Position numbers and translations under genes: made by a program
DNA from: an uncultured bacterium
GTDB lineage: Bacteria > Auribacterota > JACPWU01
DNA: 32,000 nt
Assembly: GCA_964640155.1 (NCBI GenBank)
Contig: CAZXEQ010000001.1
Location: forward strand, 201,256-233,255
Direction of reading: 5' to 3'
Notes under the pieces: generated by a model
What the model was told of the DNA's origin: nothing
The model's input: the letters and a program-made list of their open reading frames with translations, nothing else
The model's database searches: none
Shown: positions 27,111 through 32,000 of the stretch, one piece after another
Numbering within the stretch: the stretch's first letter is position 1
How the letters are laid out: the number at the start of each line of letters is the position of its first letter

Positions 27111-28082
27111 TTACATTTTTTGAAAGATCAAATGTGCTGCACCAAAAATAATCGCATTATCACCTAACTGCGCAGGAACAACTTTTACAGCCTTTAAAAG
27201 TTCGCCCATGGTATGTTCTGCCATTGCAGCTTTAGCTTCTCTTAGAATTAATTCCGGCATGGCCTCGACGACTCCTCCCCCTAAAACAATTAAATCGGGA
27301 TTGAGCAAATTCACAATATTAGCCATGGTTATTCCAACTAATTGGGCTTTGGATCGAATGAGTCTTTCAATTGAACGATCTCCTGCTTTAATCGCTTTAG
27401 CAAACGAACCACTTCTCATTTCAGAAAAAGAACCTTGAGTTTCTTTCAAAAGAGCTGGAGCTTGCTGCTTTGCAATAAGCGCAGAAGCATCGGCTGCAAT
27501 TGCAAGTCGTCCCGCCATGGCTTCCAAACATCCTCTTAAACCACAGCCACACCAAGGTCCCATGGGATCCATTAAAACATGTCCGACTTCTCCTGCAGCC
27601 CCAATAGCCCCTCGATAAAGTTTGCCATTAAAAATAAAAGCTCCCCCAATGCCCGTCCCCATAAAAATTCCGGCCACATTAGAATGGCCAACAGCAGCAC
27701 CTAGGCAATATTCGCCATAAAGACCGGTGTTGACATCATTTTCTACAACCACTTTTACATGAAGTTTTTTGCGAAGTTTTTCGGCTAGAGAAATCCCTTT
27801 TAAAAAAGGAATATTGGGAGATGAGAGAATCACACCATGATCATTGATTAAACCTGGACATCCAATACCAATTCCCTCAATTTCTTTTAAACTGACTTCA
27901 GACTCACTTAGAACTTCTTCAATACCTTCAACCAATCGTTCAAAGAAATACTTTTCACCTTCTTCTACTTTGGTACGAAATTTTATTTTGTTTATTAAAT
28001 GCTCGCCTTTCATCAAGGCAATCAGCATTTTAGTTCCACCCAAATCGATTCCTAAAGCATATTTCTTTTTAGAAGTAGCCAT
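27111..28082 (-). CDS. ROK-family sugar kinase (glucokinase-like)
   Basis: GIDLGGTKMLIAL phosphate-1 motif, GTGIGGAFIFNG, and ROK zinc motif GHVLMDPMGPWCGCGLRGCLEA. Start ATG preceded by GGGGAG. Confidence 0.85.
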   Translation of the reverse strand: MATSKKKYALGIDLGGTKMLIALMKGEHLINKIKFRTKVEEGEKYFFERLVEGIEEVLSESEVSLKEIEGIGIGCPGLINDHGVILSSPNIPFLKGISLAEKLRKKLHVKVVVENDVNTGLYGEYCLGAAVGHSNVAGIFMGTGIGGAFIFNGKLYRGAIGAAGEVGHVLMDPMGPWCGCGLRGCLEAMAGRLAIAADASALIAKQQAPALLKETQGSFSEMRSGSFAKAIKAGDRSIERLIRSKAQLVGITMANIVNLLNPDLIVLGGGVVEAMPELILREAKAAMAEHTMGELLKAVKVVPAQLGDNAIIFGAAHLIFQKM

Positions 28083-28191
28083 TTTCTCCCCTCAAATGAA
28101 CGTAAAATTCTATCATGAGAAATGTTTAATGGAATGAAATTATTAGAGAGAAGAATTAATAAATCTTAAGATTAATTGAGAAAAGAAAAAA

Positions 28192-31100
28192 CTACGCCGC
28201 CCTGTCAAAAATAGGCGTAGGAGCAGGTAAAACGTGAGTCACAGGAGGAAGATCTGCAGGTTTCATTCGGTCTTTGCGAGAACGAGGTTGCGCAGTTCTA
28301 ACAGGAGTGATTTTATCAACATCTGATCCCCCTTTGAAGGCCCTCGCTTCTACCCCAATAATAGCACCATTGGGTCCAATCCAGGTATCATATCCGCCAC
28401 GTGGAGCAGATGGTTGGGCTCCAGAAAACCATCCACAGGCTCTCGCAAAAATTCTCCAACGCTCTGAAGGCATCACGTCTACCCCAACCATAGGACTGAA
28501 CTCTCCATCTGTAAATTGATAATAACCACTGGTTGAAATCCTCAGCCAAGAAGCTGCATTCAAAGCCGCTTCCCAACGCAAAATCCCTGTTTCGCTGTAC
28601 GGCAAATAACTGCTCCAATATCTTCCCCCGGATATAGCAGCATTGAAACGAGGGCTTTCAAATCGAAGTTGTCCTAATTGAGCATGCGCCAGTGGATTTG
28701 CAAATTCAGTTTCTGCAAGTGCAAAAATCCCAAGTCGAGTTTGCCCTATCGGAATCCAAAAACCTGCTGCTGCATTCAGAGTCAAATAAGAATAAAGATT
28801 ATACCATCTCCTCACGAGAGGATACTCTCTTCCATCCGGATCCAAACGATCAGAACGTGTATATTCAAACGGATCTACATAAGGATCATAAACCAATCTA
28901 CCTTCTCCAGAAATACTCCACTGAAAAGGGCCCCAAATATTTTGAAGACCATATCCTAAATTTCCAATGACACCGAAATTTTGTCGAGGTGTCAGCATGC
29001 CACTTGCACTTGGAGTCAAATAAGCACTCCATGAGCCATCTCGTGTGAGTGAAAATGGGATATGAGTTGAAAAGCTTAATAAGCCCCATCGCCGCAAAAA
29101 TACGCTTACTCTAGAATCTGGATTAGAAGGATTTGGATTGGATGTAAAAAGCCGTCCTTCAGAAGAAAGACTGAGCATAAAAGGTCGCCCGCCCAAATAC
29201 ACAAAACCTGTAGCACTTGCATTTCTAAACCAAAAACCTGGATCTGTTGTCCATGCATAATTGCCAAGTGAAGTATCTCTACGATCTTGTGGAGTACCTG
29301 CAAAATGGCCACTGGCATTCAAAGCCAAACGCCCTCGAGCAAGGGATTGCATATTAATAGCATCACTCAAACTTTCTTCTTCTTGGCCATTTACAATCTG
29401 CACAGTTCCAACTCTCATCCAAATGTCTTGAAAACTTCTATCTAAAGAAACCCTTCCACCTCTTTCAGATTCATAAAAGATAGCATTCGCTGTATTAAAA
29501 TTTGCATCGCGACTTGTATAAATACGATATTTGAGAGCTCCTGCAGGCAAAGGTCTTAAGTTTAAAATATATTCCGTTCCATTTATCCAAAGAGAGGTCA
29601 CAACAGAAGTTGAAGTAGGAATAAGTGTCGGAGTCGCAGTTGTTCTATCAGATTGAGTCCGAGCAGACGCAACTGTAGGTTCTGGAATAGGTAATTCTGC
29701 TGGCGTACTTAAAATCTCTCCTCCACTCTCTCCTCGTCCCGCAATCACTCTAACACGACGAACAACACGTGGATTGATTTCAAAAGATAAAGCTTCAGCA
29801 GCATTGACCCTGCCTAATACAGTCCATCCACCATTCGTAGCACTTGAATCATCGTTAGAATTTGAATTTCCGCTCACTTCATAAAAGAGGGCATCTCTCA
29901 CCGAAGTCCATGTGATACGACGTGTTTGAGCATTAAAATCAAGTCCTGTAGGAGATTGCGGGGCTGGGGGTACATTAAACGTCACGGGCAAACGAGAAGG
30001 CCTGGACCATCGTCCTATTCGACGTCCTTCTAAATTAAATAATCCCCTTCTTAGAAAATGATGATAGCGACTATTCGAAAGCCAGACTTGATAAGTCTCT
30101 GCTGACAATTGATATCGCGCAGTGTGATCACTAGGAAAATTTTCTGTAGGACTTGTCTCTATTACCAAAACTTGATTTGGATTCGTATTAGGAAGAATAT
30201 GATACAATGCGTATCCTTGAGCCACACATATCACTGGAGCACCCCTCAAACGCTCTACTACAAAAAGGTCGTTTACAATTTTGTCTCCATTGTTATCAAG
30301 TTCAAAACTTCCATCTACTTCCCTTGAGTAACACACATCCGGGAATTGAGGTGTTTGAGCATCTCTAACAGCATCTCTATTAATGACTGATGCAGCAGGA
30401 GCAACAGCAGGCGAAACTGCTGGAACATCTCCCCCGCGTGCCTCCTCTTCAGTAAAACTCATGCTGCCGTCGGTGGAGCCAGATGAAAGTGCTGGTTGAG
30501 CAACAACAGATTGGGGTGGCACCACCACACTAGGTTGTATGGGAGCAGGTGCAACACTTGCATCAGTGACTTGTGCTACAGCACCTGAATCCGATGTTAC
30601 TACAGCAGGAATTGATGCGCTTGCATCCGCCACTGTCAATGTGGTCCCCGCGTCAGGCGTAGCCACTATTGCCGCAACACCTGCGTCTAAAGCAGGTGGA
30701 ACTAGTGAACTCGATGCACCAGTGCTAGGAAGACGCCGAATACTTCCTCTAGATATATCGATTAAATTAAAACTACTCTGAATGCGACTATCGGCATCTC
30801 CACGAACAGCGAAAATACGTATGAAATTCACATTGTTCTGCTCTACTACAAAACGAATAGAAGTTTGCCCTTGCACTGGAAACTCTGTTGTCAGAATATT
30901 CCATGAGCGACTCCCTGTCGTCGCATATTCAACCACATAGCGAAGGCCTGGAACAACATCCCACTCTAATGTACGTGTCGCAGCATCATAACCCAAATTT
31001 TCAGGTCGAGGAGGAGCTTGTATCGTTATATCTAATTCAAAAGCAGGCCCTCTCACTCTACTTTCAACCGGCCCATTTCCATTATAAGGCAATACTTGAA

Positions 31101-31959
31101 CCCTATGTGCTCCGACTCTCAAGGAGCTTATAGTATAAGTTGTATGAGGTGCAGATACCTCACCTACAAGTACCCACTGTTCATTTTGTGATGTGACAGG
31201 ATTACGAGTAAGATCAAAGCGTCTGATCTCATATCCAGTCACACCGTCCACCGCAGGCCAAGACAAAGTGTAGGTTGAATCATTAAACGTAGGAGACGAA
31301 GCTAATGCCGCAGGAGCTTCGGGAACATTGAATTCTGCCGGCAAAGCATATGAATTTGTCCAATTTCCAATTGGAGTGATTTCGCCTTCCGTTAAAACTC
31401 TCTGACCAAAACGATATTGTAAGTATCGATGTCCACGACTCCGTATCAACCATTGACCTTCTCCCCCTCGCGTAAAAACATATTGTTGGGGACGATCATT
31501 GGGGGGAAAATCGATAGGGTTACTATGCGGGCTTGTTTGAACAAGGAGAACAAGCTCTGCACCTTCGGCGGTGCGCTGACGATTCCATTCAGCTTCAGGA
31601 AGAGAAGGCCTTAAAAGATAGCCTTGCGTAATAGGCATCTGGTCTTGATTCAAAGGACGAACTGCATGTCTGTGCGCTGGTTGTGCCATCGCTCCTGTCG
31701 CAGCTAATCCCAAAACCATTGCTGTTGCAAAAGCAAAAGCCCTTGCCTGGAAGCTTGCTCCTCTCATGATGTCTGATTTATATTCACTGATGGTTCTAAA
31801 GAAGCGTGAAATGAGCGGCGGATTTTCTGAAAAAGCCTGTTCTTTTAATTTCAAAAATTCTGTTTCTTCCAATAAACTCTGATCGAAAGAATTTAAATTC
31901 CCTTGAGTCGCTGACCTTTCATCAATCACAAAACCATAAATATTTCCTAAAATTGTCAT
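28192..31959 (-). CDS. Large secreted/outer-membrane protein: duplicated module plus FN3-like repeats, A/V/P/S linker, C-terminal beta-barrel-like region and basic tail
   Basis: Uninterrupted 1,255-codon ORF. Hydrophobic segment FAFATAMVLGLAATGAMA-QP. FN3-like signatures LSWPAVDGVTGYEIRR, LEWDVVPGLRYVVEY and ITWTSVRDALFYEVS. Aromatic/small alternation over aa ~875-1208, ending VEARAF. Start uncertain between M1 (31959) and M65 (31767); neither has a clear SD. Confidence 0.8.
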   Translation of the reverse strand: MTILGNIYGFVIDERSATQGNLNSFDQSLLEETEFLKLKEQAFSENPPLISRFFRTISEYKSDIMRGASFQARAFAFATAMVLGLAATGAMAQPAHRHAVRPLNQDQMPITQGYLLRPSLPEAEWNRQRTAEGAELVLLVQTSPHSNPIDFPPNDRPQQYVFTRGGEGQWLIRSRGHRYLQYRFGQRVLTEGEITPIGNWTNSYALPAEFNVPEAPAALASSPTFNDSTYTLSWPAVDGVTGYEIRRFDLTRNPVTSQNEQWVLVGEVSAPHTTYTISSLRVGAHRVQVLPYNGNGPVESRVRGPAFELDITIQAPPRPENLGYDAATRTLEWDVVPGLRYVVEYATTGSRSWNILTTEFPVQGQTSIRFVVEQNNVNFIRIFAVRGDADSRIQSSFNLIDISRGSIRRLPSTGASSSLVPPALDAGVAAIVATPDAGTTLTVADASASIPAVVTSDSGAVAQVTDASVAPAPIQPSVVVPPQSVVAQPALSSGSTDGSMSFTEEEARGGDVPAVSPAVAPAASVINRDAVRDAQTPQFPDVCYSREVDGSFELDNNGDKIVNDLFVVERLRGAPVICVAQGYALYHILPNTNPNQVLVIETSPTENFPSDHTARYQLSAETYQVWLSNSRYHHFLRRGLFNLEGRRIGRWSRPSRLPVTFNVPPAPQSPTGLDFNAQTRRITWTSVRDALFYEVSGNSNSNDDSSATNGGWTVLGRVNAAEALSFEINPRVVRRVRVIAGRGESGGEILSTPAELPIPEPTVASARTQSDRTTATPTLIPTSTSVVTSLWINGTEYILNLRPLPAGALKYRIYTSRDANFNTANAIFYESERGGRVSLDRSFQDIWMRVGTVQIVNGQEEESLSDAINMQSLARGRLALNASGHFAGTPQDRRDTSLGNYAWTTDPGFWFRNASATGFVYLGGRPFMLSLSSEGRLFTSNPNPSNPDSRVSVFLRRWGLLSFSTHIPFSLTRDGSWSAYLTPSASGMLTPRQNFGVIGNLGYGLQNIWGPFQWSISGEGRLVYDPYVDPFEYTRSDRLDPDGREYPLVRRWYNLYSYLTLNAAAGFWIPIGQTRLGIFALAETEFANPLAHAQLGQLRFESPRFNAAISGGRYWSSYLPYSETGILRWEAALNAASWLRISTSGYYQFTDGEFSPMVGVDVMPSERWRIFARACGWFSGAQPSAPRGGYDTWIGPNGAIIGVEARAFKGGSDVDKITPVRTAQPRSRKDRMKPADLPPVTHVLPAPTPIFDRAA

Positions 31960-32000
31960 CTGGACAAAGAGTTGAGAACCAATTTTTTCAACATTTAAAT

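Noticed and set aside
28274-31614. Multiple 60-93-aa ORFs on both strands inside the giant surface-protein gene
   Set aside because: They are by-products of a long, relatively G+C-rich gene with few stop codons in alternative frames. No independent support.
31956-31994. 12-codon mini-ORF (MLKKLVLNSLSR) whose TGA overlaps the giant ORF's ATG as ATGA
   Set aside because: It could be a leader peptide or chance. It sits at the window edge, has no visible RBS, and the upstream context is cut off, so the evidence is insufficient.

Overview
AT-rich bacterial chromosomal window, almost entirely coding, with nearly all genes on the minus strand. All calls rest on motif recognition by eye; no searches were run.

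Gene content, left to right:
- mreD (fragment), mreC, mreB.
- An H-X9-DG/DUF1559-like protein, a small Cys-rich membrane protein, a GT4 glycosyltransferase and a ThiI-like PP-loop enzyme.
- gpsA-plsY.
- A ComEA-like protein coupled to a standalone ComEC-type MBL domain, then a secreted low-complexity/coiled-coil protein.
- A 1,819-aa covalently doubled UvrA.
- An alpha/beta hydrolase.
- An 11-gene same-strand phosphate/polyphosphate supercluster: ROK kinase, ppx, ppk1, sixA-like, pstS, pstC, pstA, pstB, pstB, phoU and a Cas4-like PD-(D/E)XK nuclease.
- A 1,255-aa G+C-richer surface protein that is almost lysine-free.

I found no rRNA, tRNA, CRISPR array, transposase, integrase or recognisable defence operon.

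The doubled UvrA plus the H-X9-DG protein suggest a PVC-superphylum, possibly Chlamydiota-like, organism. This is inference only.

Items most worth a second look:
- The lysine-desert FN3/beta-barrel-like giant protein.
- Two G+C-rich structured islands with inverted-repeat ends (uvrA 5' region; ppk-sixA spacer).
- A perfect 15-bp anti-SD/SD hairpin filling the pstC-pstA spacer.
- A PstB paralog with degenerate Q-loop and H-loop.
- The asymmetric single-chain UvrA.
- A Cas4-like nuclease translationally coupled to phoU.

I cannot point to a clear-cut, self-contained novel multi-gene system in this window.
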